From Antedon mediterranea (Eukaryota > Animalia > Echinodermata): DNA of 64,000 bases. The position numbers and the translations under genes were made by a program. The stretch lies in NCBI RefSeq assembly GCF_964355755.1, contig NC_092672.1, positions 18,985,237-19,049,236 on the forward strand, read 5' to 3'. The notes beneath the pieces were generated by a model. The model ran no database searches, was not told the origin of the DNA, and saw only the letters and a program-made list of their open reading frames with translations. Positions 19,729 to 32,702 of this stretch are shown one piece after another (positions within the stretch are counted from its first letter, which is position 1; every line of letters begins with the position of its first letter).

Positions 19729-21184
19729 TACCACGTTAATTTTGATAATAGCATTTTTTTTTAGTCCTCACTCGCTTTGATGTTACATTAGGCCTAGGCA
19801 GCCAAGCAACACATACTGTAAATGCGCTTCATTCAAATTATATTTTGGACGGTGGCCTTAATATTTCAATGCCATGCGAAATATAATTCCCATTTACTGG
19901 CTAACGAAAACAAGTATGCGTGGCATATTCGTCTTTGTAGCGTTGCGAAACCTACCTCACTAACATTTAAATATACCTTGTAAATGTGTACAGTATGACC
20001 ATTTTATGAATCAATCCAAATGATCTTTAGTTTCTAGAGCCTATAAATGAACCATGGGGAGTCTGAACATACAGTATCCTATGATTTCATAAATTCTAAT
20101 TACCGAGATCTCACATTTTCAAGTTGGGACCTCTGTTTTATAATAAAATTGTAAAAGCTGATATGTGTATTAATCCGATGCACCGGATGGATGCATTAAC
20201 TAAAAATGAAGGTTTAATGTGAAATTTTATTATTCACAAAAAAAATCTTGTAATAAACAAGTTACAGTAAGTATATGCTGGTATAGTATTCTGTACATAG
20301 GGCTTGTTACAACCATTAATGTAGAAAACGCCAGCTAATGTCAAAGCAACCGTTAATGTAGAACAATCCACCGCTTATCTACAGGTAGTAAAAAAAAATC
20401 ACCACCAGCTAATGTAGAAACCGTCAACCGTATGTATTAACGAAAATTGCCTCCCAGCTTATGTGGTTACAATCGCCACCTAATGTAGAAAATGTTATAT
20501 ATTTTACAAAAATGTCTAAATCATGTGCAAATGCATCAATCTTTACTTAGTTTCAGTCTTTCCACCTCTTGTAAGCAACCAACTTTCTAAAACGACCACA
20601 CATTGTAAGCAAACATCTCTGTTAAGGGAACGCTTCTAATAATAGACCATCTCTCGTAAGGGATCTCTCTGATTTCCCTTGCATGTGCCACATACTGTAT
20701 ACAGTGTAGCATAGTTGAAATTACGAGACCCATCTTTTAAATCCAATTTCTAACCATGATGACGTCATCAAATTGACATATAAAGATAACTATTTTGAAG
20801 ATAATTATCTAAATAATTACATTTGGGTAATGCTAACAACTTCTGTCAACGACCAGCCACTGATTTAAACGGTTATTTTGGAGCAAAAAGTGAGCAGAAA
20901 TGCAGTAAAATTTTTAATCTATTTGGAAATAAACAGTTTATTGGGCGCTATGCAGCAGAAACAGACCCTTATACCGAGCTGCACCCACCAAGTTTGATTA
21001 AAGACCTGGGATGGATTGCTATAAATAAGTGTTCTATAAACGGTCTTAGCGCTATACCGCGGTCTAACCTGTAAGCGGTCTTTAAAATTGAAGCCTACAG
21101 TACTTGAAGGAGTTTTAAAACAGTCTTAAAAGCTTGTTGGAAGAATTTCATCTGGTTGTGGAATAGGTATTACATGAAATTTCT

Positions 21185-21480
21185 TTTTGAACAACCAAAG
21201 AATAGTATAAACGAACTTACAGTACGTTTCGAAACCTATCAGGTTTCATTCTCAACTGGCGTTTCATCGTCTAGCGTTGTTAATCCCATGACGACGATGA
21301 GTTGGTATAGCGCCACCAATAGGTCAGAAAACATGGAAAAATCATGAACAGAGATGAAGGAGCCCACGAATTGTCACACATTTATGATCAACTACTGTAT
21401 TGGAGAAGGGGGCACGTCCTTTTGGACCTATTGGTGGCCCTATACCAACTCATCGTCGTCATGGGATTAACAACTCAATT
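21185..21480 (+). mobile_element. Penelope-like element 3' remnant with inverted pseudo-LTR
   Basis: 21344+ encodes MNRDEGAHELSHIYDQLL, typical of the PLE GIY-YIG C-terminus. 21278-21330 is an inverted copy of 21421-21474. Hammerhead-like motif on the - strand at 21219-21259. Confidence 0.75.
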
Positions 21481-22619
21481 TACCTACTCAACGACGAATA
21501 TAAATTTCTCACGATGTAAACGAATGTAGAGTCACATCCAACACAATGATTTAGGCTAACTAATAAAAATAATATAGCAAACGTCCAGTCGATCCAGAAA
21601 CGACCTCGACAAAAAGATCGTAAAAAATTCATTCTAAAAATAGTATCAGAACATTCAGTCGGTCGCTCAAAAAGACTGCCGACAGAAGACCGTAATTATA
21701 CAGACCTAGTTTTTTTTGGTCACATGGCATAAAACACGATACTCTCTGTTTACCGCAACCTCTCACATGTTTTTTTAACTCGGTACGAGGGGTGGCTAAT
21801 TAAGATCGTGTACCTGGATTTTGTGTACATGACATGAAACGTAATATAATACTCTCTTAGCTGCTGTTCCCACGATTCACATGTTTTTCCCCCTCCATCC
21901 AAATTCTAGTCGGGCATTTTTTTTACACATGTAAAAATTATTTAAAAGGCCTACAGTATCTTAAATCTTAACATGGGAATATATATTTATTTTGCATATT
22001 TTGTTGTTCCTAGCCTAGGTGTCATTGTTTTTTATAATACGCTAACCCTAGGTAGGATTAAATAATTTATAGTGTAGGCTGCCAAAACTCTCTCTGCGCG
22101 AGCTGATGTCGTCTCGTCGGCGGACGTCCGGCCAAATTAAGATAACCGATGCGTAGGACAGCTCTACAAAAATGAAAATCATTTATTCTAGCTTTAGATA
22201 GGATTTTAAATAGCGAACAATACATTGTTTGTTTGCATTGTCCATGCTTCTAAAGGCGAGGACAATGATGTTTACTAACCCTACGATCGACGCATAGATA
22301 TTAATTTAATTATCAGGCCTAGCTAGGCCTATACTGCAGGCTCACGTCTGCGATTTTTTTTGCCGGCGTCTGGCGACCTTACGTCGGCAATGCCGACGTT
22401 AATTTTAAGGGCTGGTCATTATCATTCCGAGAACCATTCTCTACAGTACACTTCCTAGAGGGGTTAGTTATATTAAACCAACAAAATGAAAGGAATGGAA
22501 ATTACAAAAATTTTTTTTTTTAAATTTATTTTTGCACAGTAATCAGAGTTACTACATATACAGTAGACACATAATTATACAACGCTACTGGACATACCAG
22601 TTTAGGAAAAATGTTTTTA

Positions 22620-24965
22620 GGCCCTGTTCAGACCATGGCGTTATAGCGTACGATAAAAATGTGTCTGAACAGTTGGTTTGACTTAGGCTGACATCCTGTA
22701 TCATCAACAAACAAGGCCAGAATAAGGACTAACTACTGTAGACTACAAACAATACAACTGTAAAAAACTGACTACCATTATTTTTTTTAATTGAAATAAA
22801 TAAATTCACCTTGTACTGTATTTAAACATTGGGACTACTATCCCGTCTTTCTTAAGAATTGCTACTATAGAGCCATTCACGCTTTCATTCAAACTAAAAA
22901 CTAGCGTGGGACATCAAGTCACTTCATAAAATTATATAAGGCAGACTACAGTAGACTGGACAATGCTGAAAACCACCCACAGTAATTCCTACCTACTGTA
23001 CAACAGGCGACCACAGTAATTCCTACCTACTGTACAACAGGCGACCACAGTAATTCCTACCTACTGTACAACAGGCGACCACAGTAATTCCTACCTACTG
23101 TACAACAGGCGACCACAGTAATTCCTACCTACTGTACAACAGGCCAGCGACCACAGTAATTCCTACCTACTGTACAACAGGCGACCACAGTAATTCCTAC
23201 CTACTGTACAACAGGCGACCACAGTAATTCCTACCTACAGTACAACAGGCGACCACAGTAATTCCTACCTACTGTACAACAGGCGACCACAGTAATTCCT
23301 ACCTACAGTACTGTACAACAGGCGACCACAGTAATTCCTACCTACTGTACAACAGGCGACCACAGTAATTCCTACCTACTGTACAACAGGCGACCACAGT
23401 AATTCCTACCTACTGTACAACAGGCGACCACAGTAATTCCTACCTACAGTACAACAGGCGACCACAGTAATTCCTACCTACTGTACAACAGGCGACCACA
23501 GTAATTCCTACCTACTGTACAACAGGCGACCACAGTAATTCCTACCTACTGTACAACAGGCGACCACAGTAATTCCTACCTACTGTACAACAGGCGACCA
23601 CAGTAATTCCTACCTACTGTACAACAGGCGACCACAGTAATTCCTACCTACTGTACAACAGGCGACCACAGTAATTCCTACCTACTGTACAACAGGCGAC
23701 CACAGTAATTCCTACCTACTGTACAACAGGCGACCACAGTAATTCCTACCTACTGCACAACAGGCGACCACAGTAATTCCTACCTACTGTACAACAGGCG
23801 ACCACAGTAATTCCTACCTACTGTACAACAGGCGACCACAGTAATTCCTACCTACTGTACAACAGGCGACCACAGTAATTCCTACCTACTGTACAACAGG
23901 CGACCACAGTAATTCCTACCTACTGTACAACAGGCGACCACAGTAATTCCTACCTACTGTACAACAGGCCAGCGACCACAGTAATTCCTACCTACTGTAC
24001 AACAGGCGACCACAGTAATTCCTACCTACTGTACAACAGGCGACCACAGTAATTCCTACCTACTGTACAACAGGCGACCACAGTAATTCCTACCTACTGT
24101 ACAACAGGCGACCACAGTAATTCCTACCTACTGCACAACAGGCGACCACAGTAATTCCTACCTACTGTACAACAGGCGACCACAGTAATTCCTACCTACT
24201 GTACAACAGGCGACCACAGTAATTCCTACCTACTGTACAACAGGCGACCACAGTAATTCCTACCTACTGCACAACAGGCGACCACAGTAATTCCTACCTA
24301 CTGCACAACAGGCGACCACAGTAATTCCTACCTACTGTACAACAGGCGACCACAGTAATTCCTACCTACAGTACAACAGGCGACCACAGTAATTCCTACC
24401 TACTGTACAACAGGCGACCACAGTAATTCCTACCTACTGTACAACAGGCGACCACAGTAATTCCTACCTACTGTACAACAGGCGACCACAGTAATTCCTA
24501 CCTACTGTACAACAGGCGACCACAGTAATTCCTACCTACTGTACAACAGGCGACCACAGTAATTCCTACCTACTGCACAACAGGCGACCACAGTAATTCC
24601 TACCTACTGTACAACAGGCGACCACAGTAATTCCTACCTACTGTACAACAGGCGACCACAGTAATTCCTACCTACTGTACAACAGGCGACCACAGTAATT
24701 CCTACCTACTGTACAACAGGCGACCACAGTAATTCCTACCTACTGCTGTACAACAGGCCAGCGACCACAGTAATTCCTACCTACTGAACAACAGGCGACC
24801 AATAACAAATTTGATAAACTAGCAAGTTAGGGTTATTTTCAACTGACCAAGCACAATAAATTTGTTTCCTTCATGAAAACACTTGGGTACAGTACAGTAT
24901 GTCAGTAAAAGCACATGAATATGCAACTAGAAACAACATGAATGACGCACTGTTGTAAAGATAAG
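22620..24965 (-). mobile_element. Degenerate copy of the 15449-16534 Harbinger MITE, interrupted by a minisatellite
   Basis: Begins GGCCCTGTTCAGACC; internal segments match the reverse complement of 15590-16480 on both sides of the array. Confidence 0.7.
22978..24801. repeat. 34-bp minisatellite, ~53 copies
   Basis: Unit CACAGTAATTCCTACCTACTGTACAACAGGCGAC; head-to-tail with no spacers. Confidence 0.97.
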
Positions 24966-25971
24966 CATATGCCATGCTTAATAGCAATAGTTTAAAGTAA
25001 TTTATAATTTTAAGAAGATTGCTAAAACAGTAGCATCTTTAGGAAAGGAACGATAGATTTAATCATACAGTCATCATATACTAAAGAGGCACGAGGTAGA
25101 CTTAAAAATTATATAGTAAATTCAAGGAAATCTGGATACAATTATAAATATTGTTTTGAACTACACTTATAGAAAGCATACAGTATTGTCAACATACTGT
25201 ATGTCATGCAACTATAGTGTTTGTAATATAATATCAATAAGTAATTCAAAATACTCATAATAGTACTTGGGCATTCCCCTATTATTCAAATAAACATGCA
25301 ATGTGACAATGCATTTTGTTTATCCCAAAGCTTCTTTATGCACAGTTAGCATTTCACAATAGTCACCACTAAATTGAGCTCTTAAAATGTATGCATGGTG
25401 CACTGTGTATAAGCACAAGGCATCTTGTAGGCTTCAACGTCATTATAATTGTTCGGGTCATAATGACTTGAACAATATTTAAATTAGCATATTGTAATAG
25501 TTACCATTACTGTAGTAATAGTAGTTATGGATGAAAGATATCAAATTTCCAATCCAATATCTAGAAATGCTAACAAATTCATAAAAAACTAACAAAATCA
25601 TCATTCGTTTTATGTTTAAACAATAACATAGTGTCACAATCTGCATTTTTTAACAATCATAGTCTCTGTCTCAGTTGACATACAGTACAGTAAACTGTAA
25701 TACATTCATTCAATGAAAGAAATGATCATAATGTTGTACACTGATACAGTAGCTTCTACATGTTGGTATTTCTTGCATATTTGCTGTTATTTAGACATCC
25801 TTATTGACAATTGCAGTATTCTTTGTGTACTGCAATAAAATTTACTGTAATATGCAAAACAAGAGTAGTGTAAGTAATTACTTAGGTGTACTGTATGTTC
25901 AATGAAGGTTGTACTGTACAGAAGTATGTACCGTACTGTATCTGGTTTAACTGATCATAGAGAATTTTAAG

Positions 25972-26133
25972 AAGTGTCTTGATGTACATATACTGTCAGA
26001 TACAGGACCTCTGTACTGTTACAAGTGTCTTGATGTACATATACTGTCAGATACAGGACCTCTGTACTGTACATACAAGTGTCTTGATGTACATATACTG
26101 TCAGATACAGGACCTCTGTACTGTACATACAAA
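25972..26133. repeat. ~54-bp tandem repeat x3
   Basis: AAGTGTCTTGATGTACATATACTGTCAGATACAGGACCTCTGTACTGT... Confidence 0.9.
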
Positions 26134-26379
26134 TATTGTAGGATGAAGGCTTTATCTTTTTTTGTATGAAGGTTTCTCAACTGTACATCTACGGAAACTC
26201 AGACAATTTTGCCCAATTACTACACTACAGTATATAACAGTATGCAAAATTATGATTTGGCCTAAAGTTATGGGAAAAATCATGCTTCCCGGCTCTGCTA
26301 ATCCTGTACACTGTAGTGTCAAAACACAGTCTAACTCATGAAAACCATTACAATTACATTTTTATTGAAATTTTTATTT

Positions 26380-28284
26380 CAGGGCTCGCAGAATCCTAAA
26401 ATATTTGGTTGCCCATCGGGCAAGTAGGTTTTAGATTTTGGTTGCCCTCATCATTTTTTTACTTGCCCACTATTTTAACTTAATTTTAACGTTTTATACC
26501 GCGACTGCACCGCGAAAAAACGTCGGTGAAAAACGCCTATGCTTAATACACTGTGGTGTTTTTTTCGATGGATTTTAAAGTAGTGAAAACAATTTTTCAA
26601 ATTTTTTCAATTACACAGTGATGTAGGCCAATCTTTTAAGAACATTTTACAGTAATTTATTTTCTCATACGATCCTCCGTACAAGAGTTGCGATTGTTTA
26701 ATTAACATGGTGTCCTGAAATCCCTTGAAAACGCTATGTTATTTCTGTTGGTTACGCTTCGTTGCACGGCATTGTTTGTCATCGATCGAAGATGTGTTCC
26801 GTTTCGTGAATGAAAAAGGCGTATTCACGTGGGTTTACTTTGGGAGCAAAAACGTTTTGCTTCTATTGTGCAATGAAATTCCGAAATCAAGCTATTTTGC
26901 GATATTTAAAATGTAGTGGCCTAGACATGGCACTAATTATCTTACAATTATTTAATAGATATATCTAAAATATTGCCTATAGAAATGTAGGCCTAGGCCT
27001 AAAAAGTTTAAACAAAGTACTTATGAAGGTGATGAGCTAGTTGAAATCATAGAGAAGAAAAAAACAAACAAACATCAACTGACGTCCGTCTACGTGACGT
27101 GTAACAATACGCATGCGTATAGCAAAAAACCTCACAGCAGCTGCCGTACGTAGTAGGAGCACATGGGTACGGTGTGTGGAGAGTGCGGGCTTGTGGAGGT
27201 TTACTTGTTGTTTCAGTAGAAGCTCGCACAGGTTGGATAAAAACAACCATCTGCTCGCACAAGTTGGTGATTGAAAACAACACAAGGGAACTGTGCCGAA
27301 TTGTGGTGAAAACCACGTGCTCCGCCAAGTTGGAGTTTTTGAAAGTTCAACTCTCGGCGATACCCGAAGAAGTGTATTATTTTCAATGTTGATAATAAAA
27401 AATATACTGTAACTATTTAAGTATTCAATGTATTTATTAAATAAATTATTAGGCCTATTAAATTTATATTCTGTAATATTTATTAAAAAAATGGTAGGCC
27501 TACTTGCCTGTGTTAAAAACATCGGCCGCCGCCTATTTGGCACAGACAATTAAAATGACGTATCTATTATAATTTAATAATATACTGTATTGTACATTTG
27601 AACAATAATTACAGTAATTCAGCAAATTATTTATTACACACAAAATACATACATGAATGTAATTAAACATAGGCCTAATCTACTATCAGGCTGTAGGCCA
27701 CATAATTAATACCATGGAGTAAATGTTAATACTAAGTAGTAGATTCAGATTTTATTACCACCGTAAAATGATGTCGATAATTGAGAAAAACAAAAACCAA
27801 AAACATACTAGCCCCTATTTTATTTGGTTTATAGTATAACTAGGGAGTTGTTAATTAGAAACTCCCTGGTATAATAACTTCAAATAAGAGCCGAGAGTTC
27901 AACGCTTCCTATTTCGCGATCAATGGATGCCGCAAGAGACCGCGTGCTATATGACAGACCTGGAAACTCTATACGCAACGACTTGATACGCCCGACTGCA
28001 TAGAAACACGTGTTTTGGCTCCTGGAGATAACGTTCCATACCACCGAATTCCGATCCATACATTTACTTAACAAACACTACACTGGTCTCGACGTCAAGA
28101 TAATTCGTTCGTGCGCGACTATTATTTTCATTGTTACAGTTTTTCACAACCCCTGTAAAACATCGTGGACATTTTCGGTGATTTTAAGAGGTTGCCCGTC
28201 GGGACATGACATGTTAAATTTTAGTTGCCCGACGTATTTATTTGGTTGCCGCGGGACGTCGGGCAAGCGATTCTGCGAGCCCTG
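26380..28284. mobile_element. Non-autonomous hAT-like element
   Basis: 16-bp TIR CAGGGCTCGCAGAATC/GATTCTGCGAGCCCTG; subterminal TTGCCC/GGGCAA motifs; 6-bp flanking repeat TTATTT. Confidence 0.8.
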
Positions 28285-28719
28285 TTATTTAATTACTATG
28301 AATATGATTAAGACTTTTGAACTTAGAAATTATATAGCAAGTTGAGAAATCTGGGATCAGTTCCTACAGTATACAATATATAACTAAACTTTACTAATTA
28401 ATCGCTATACAGTTAGTAAAGTACTGTAGAACTGGCAAATTATTTGAAAAAAAAATTGTAATTGTAATATAAATTTCATTCATTTATTGCACAAAAATGT
28501 ACAGTATACTAATATCAGTCTAACTTAAAATTTACATGAAGATCAAAGGTTTGCATACCATCTTAATTTGCAAGTGAATAAAGACATTGATTCCATCACA
28601 CTATGGGGGAAAGCTTTGTATCAAGTGTCAAGTCTTTACTTATCTCTGTTGGGTGTGGAAATGGAATGTACAACAGGTACAGTAGTGTTCATCCAATTGC
28701 ACTTAAAACTGAATTTTAA

Positions 28720-29735
28720 GGGCCTGTTCAGACCTACGGAGTTATGCTTTCGTATTGTACGCGGCGTACAAGTCCATAGGTCTGAACCAGGAAAAGATTA
28801 GTGGAAGCCACCTCGTACGACACTGATATTTCGTACGCTACGAAAGCTCAAGGTATGAGTTTAGTGGACGTCGCTTACAATACGAAAGTCACGCATCGAT
28901 GAATATGACCTAGGTTAGATATCTAGCCAATCAAATTACAATATTCGCCACATCACATCGTGACATGTGCTCCTCATCGTACAGCCAAGCTGATCCATTT
29001 GTTGTGATCGGTGAACGTGCGAAAAAATCATACCTTTTGTTTGTTGTTACACTAGGTATACAGTATTATTATTATTAATATTATTATATTAATTAATTTA
29101 AATGTCATCGAAGCGTGCGCATTGGCGAGAAACCGAAGTAAAATACCTTATTTCATTGGTGGGAAGCCCTGAGTTTAGAGATCGGTTGGAAGTGAAAAAC
29201 TGGCGTAAAAGCACCGGCAACAAGATGTCTGTGTTCAACGAGATGGCGGACACGTTAGATAGCAGATGGGCCATCCTCATAATAAAGAAGGATTTAAATT
29301 ATATCCAAACGAAATTGAAGGGGTCGTCGTATAAAGCAGCGAAAGACCGAGTAAATAAGTCTGGAGCCGGTGCAAGTACGGGATTTGAACATTTTTCTGC
29401 CATAAATGATATTTTAGGCCTAGACCAAATATAAAAACAAACCCCAAAACGATCGGCTGGTTGGTATGCCTGACAACCCATCGATAATGCCGAGCCCAAG
29501 TGTTCGGTCTAGGCCTGTAACTCTTACCCCAACCACTACTACTTTTAATAACAACGAAGGTAGGCCTAGGTCTATACGTGCGTTAGAGTTTGGTTAATCG
29601 CCAGCGAGTGACATCATATCCGTTTGTAACACAACTTCGTTGCAATGAATCTGAACACTTTGCTATTACGACGCTCATTAAAATATGACCTTGGCTGTGA
29701 TACGAAAGCATAACTCCGTAGGTCTGAACATACCC
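28720..29735 (+). mobile_element. Harbinger deletion derivative carrying a Myb/SANT ORF
   Basis: ~36-bp TIR GGG(CC/TA)TGTTCAGACCTACGGAGTTATGCTTTCGTAT; TAA TSD. Confidence 0.88.
29102..29434 (+). CDS. Myb/SANT (trihelix-like) DNA-binding protein of Harbinger, truncated
   Basis: W..TEVKYLISL...VFNEMA..L...IQTKLK..SYKAAKD....SGAG....FEHF..INDILG pattern, located inside Harbinger TIRs. Confidence 0.7.
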   Translation: MSSKRAHWRETEVKYLISLVGSPEFRDRLEVKNWRKSTGNKMSVFNEMADTLDSRWAILIIKKDLNYIQTKLKGSSYKAAKDRVNKSGAGASTGFEHFSAINDILGLDQI

Positions 29736-30207
29736 TAAGTTAAAACTATTTTTAAAGAAAACTCCACAACCACATTGAGGTTCATAATCGGTAAACACAC
29801 AAACATACAGTACTGGATAATGTCTTTTTTTTTAATTTAGCTTTCCAAATCAAATTCTTACTTAAAATTTACTGTATTTACGAATGTACCAATAACCGAT
29901 TAAAACAGAAACCTCCAGAACGCCACTTTTCTAGGGGTTCACCCAGATAGACTGTGTCACCAAGGGCCCTTTATGTCATAAAAAATAAATCATGCTAGAT
30001 CCACTTTATTTAAGTGTATAATATTCACTCTGTAAATGAAAATTGATTCATTTTACAGTAAAGTCTAGACTTAACAGTGTATAGTAGACATTCTGCTTGT
30101 AATGTTACTACTACAGTACTACTATTTCAAAGCATCCATTAAAATCATAGTTTATTTGTGTACAGTACAGTAGATTGTGGGCATGTTTAATTATGTACCT
30201 TTACTAA

Positions 30208-32004
30208 GGCCATGTAAAAAAAAACAACAGTTGATCGTCCTGGTTTTCTAAAAAAAGGAAGGAAGAGGCTCTTTTTATTTTTTATTTTTTATTTTTCCAA
30301 GATGGCGACTCACTACCGTATTTTCTTGAATAAACATGCCGCTATGAATAAAAATCACTCCCACCCCTCGCATACACCCTTCCTGACAATTCAAATAAAT
30401 ATGGTAAGTACTGTAAGATGTCTAAACAAACATAAGTATACAGAACAGCAAATATTAAAATACACCTTTTTTTTTATTTTATCAGGGGGTCACAATAAAA
30501 GTCCTTTTTGTACACTTTGACTTTATATCAAACTTCTGGATATTATTAGCCTACTGTGGCACAAATGCTCTAGTGTTTTTCCTTTTGGGTGTTTTGCCTG
30601 ATTTCTTGCATTCACTACAAAGTGGATAATTCATGTTCTCAATTGATACATTGTGCTCAGTTCCACAATAAAAGCACAGGGGGTCTGTGAATGTTATGTA
30701 ATAAGCTGCTTCGATAGGCAGGGCACATGTCATTTTGTCATTGACAAAAACAATAGAATCGTCCTCTCCCAGGATGTCTTGAAAACAAGTTCCACATGAA
30801 TACGACAGTGTGTCCAGTTCTCGTTCCAAGAGCTGCCCTTGGTCACGCTTCAGAACATGTGCTGCATAACATACTCGCCACTTGAGGCATTCTTCACACT
30901 AGATAGAATAAAGAATGAAAAAGAGTAGGGGTAAATATATGGTAAATTCAGTTGTGTTGAAAGAATTCTGAACATGACAATAATATGATAATATGACATC
31001 CAAAGAGGGAGGGAATATCAATGCATACACACATATTTTAAAACAGGACGTGGGTCATGTACCCGAACACGTCCGTAAACATCTAGCCTATATATATGGG
31101 ACAGTTTCAACCCAGCCGGGTCGATTCGCCCCTCTATGGATAGGCAAACTCTACACTCTCTCGCGACAATATGCTAGCCTACAGTTTTGTTACTTCTATA
31201 TGAACATTTTTACCGAACAATTACTCACCTCCGTAGTTTGGTATCTATTGGTCCACCTTGATCGAATTCGCCGCCTGCAAAATCAGAGAAAATGTCTGCG
31301 AGAGTACGTCGGCCCTCCACTACACCGTTCTCGCATACCAAGCCAAGGGCCGGCTTCACAATTTTTGTTGCAGTCCGAATCGAAACACAAATAAAAACCA
31401 TGTTGTTTATCTACTATCTAGTCTAGCAGTATCCTACTATCCTAGATCAAATTATTATGTAACAATTGATAAAAGGACTAAAAAGTAGGCCCACCAAGGA
31501 ACCAATAATTATAAATATTAATACTAGTGTATACTGTAACTCAAAATGTATAGAATATAGCGATAGAAACAGGGTAGAACCAAAAACATGTGTTCTCCAA
31601 ATCCAGTCGTTTTTTGCTTCACGGCAACATTTTTAAGGAGTAGCGAGCATATAGCGGCTGTGAAAATTCTAATTAGATCCAGACGTTTATGTAAAATATT
31701 ATACCCATGATGAGTGTAATTCAAAATATTCATACATTCAACGGCAGTGATACCTCTATCATCGCTGACCTATAATCAAAGAATATGACCTCAAATTTAT
31801 CGCAGTCGACGATGTGTATCGATGGCTCCCGACGGCTGTGGATCACGAAAAAAGAAAGAGCTAGGCCTAGCTTTCGACAAAGGTACAACATAAATCAATG
31901 TTTTTTATACAAAATATCGAAATAAAAAATAAAATAAAAATTGATGCGGCCTGAAAAAAGCATGCGGGCGGGGACGATCAACTGTTGTTTTTTTTTATAT
32001 GGCC
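30208..32004 (-). mobile_element. Zator-like DNA transposon, internally deleted
   Basis: TIR GGCCAT(G/A)TAAAAAAAAACAACAGTTGATCGTCC; TAA TSD; retains transposase first and last exons. Confidence 0.75.
30551..31401 (-). pseudogene. Zator-like transposase remnant (exons 31401-31229 and 30898-30551)
   Basis: Cys-rich C-terminus CEECLKWR..Y...YSCG...IEAAYY...CFYCG...YPLCSECKKSGK. Exon phases are incompatible and the catalytic core is missing. Confidence 0.6.
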
Positions 32005-32702
32005 TAACACTACAGTTATTATAATAATAAGTTTAAAAAATAATAATTTGACAAATATTTCATAGTTCACTTCCTTTTAAGATAATATTCTTGAATAACC
32101 TAAGAACAGGAAAAGTTTGGAAAAAAAAAGGATTAGAGCACAAGGATTGCCTTTTTAAATGTTGGAAAGATCAGGAAATGGTGGGCTGGTATAAGGTCAG
32201 GTATCACTGTAGGGCCTACAGTATACAGAATACACATAGTGTGAATGTAGACTAGGTATAGTAACTGGTACATAAATATTTAATTTACATAATACATGAT
32301 TAACTTTGCTTTATACCATTTATTAAGAATCATCATAGACAGACAGATTGAGTGACGCGACGCTTGATGTGAATCCTGGGGAGAACACTGGACACTAATA
32401 GAAAGAATTGCACAAACCAAAAATGGTGTTGGTAGTCAAGTGCCGCTTACCTGGATAAACCGATATTGGCCTACCTACTATAATGTCTGATAAAAGAGCC
32501 ATGACTCGAATATAAACAGTTATTTTATGTATATCAGCTAATGGTACATTCCATCACCACTACTACTAAAATAAAGACCATTTGGTACGCGCATGATTAA
32601 AAGGAAGCCTGTAGACCAAAACCAAAATATCTGCGTAAAGTCTCTACTAAAATCTTTTCAACTGTGATGTCAGAAGCAAATTAAAAAAAAAGAAAATCCT
32701 AC

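Noticed and set aside
20823-21074. LINE RT C-terminal fragment (..DLGW..)
   Set aside because: Only one weak motif; insufficient support.
22978-24801. CRISPR array (34-bp repeats)
   Set aside because: Units are contiguous with no unique spacers, there are no cas genes, and the context is eukaryotic; it is a minisatellite.
27037-27549. 170-aa ORF as hAT transposase
   Set aside because: No recognisable BED/TTF finger, DDE or dimerisation motifs.
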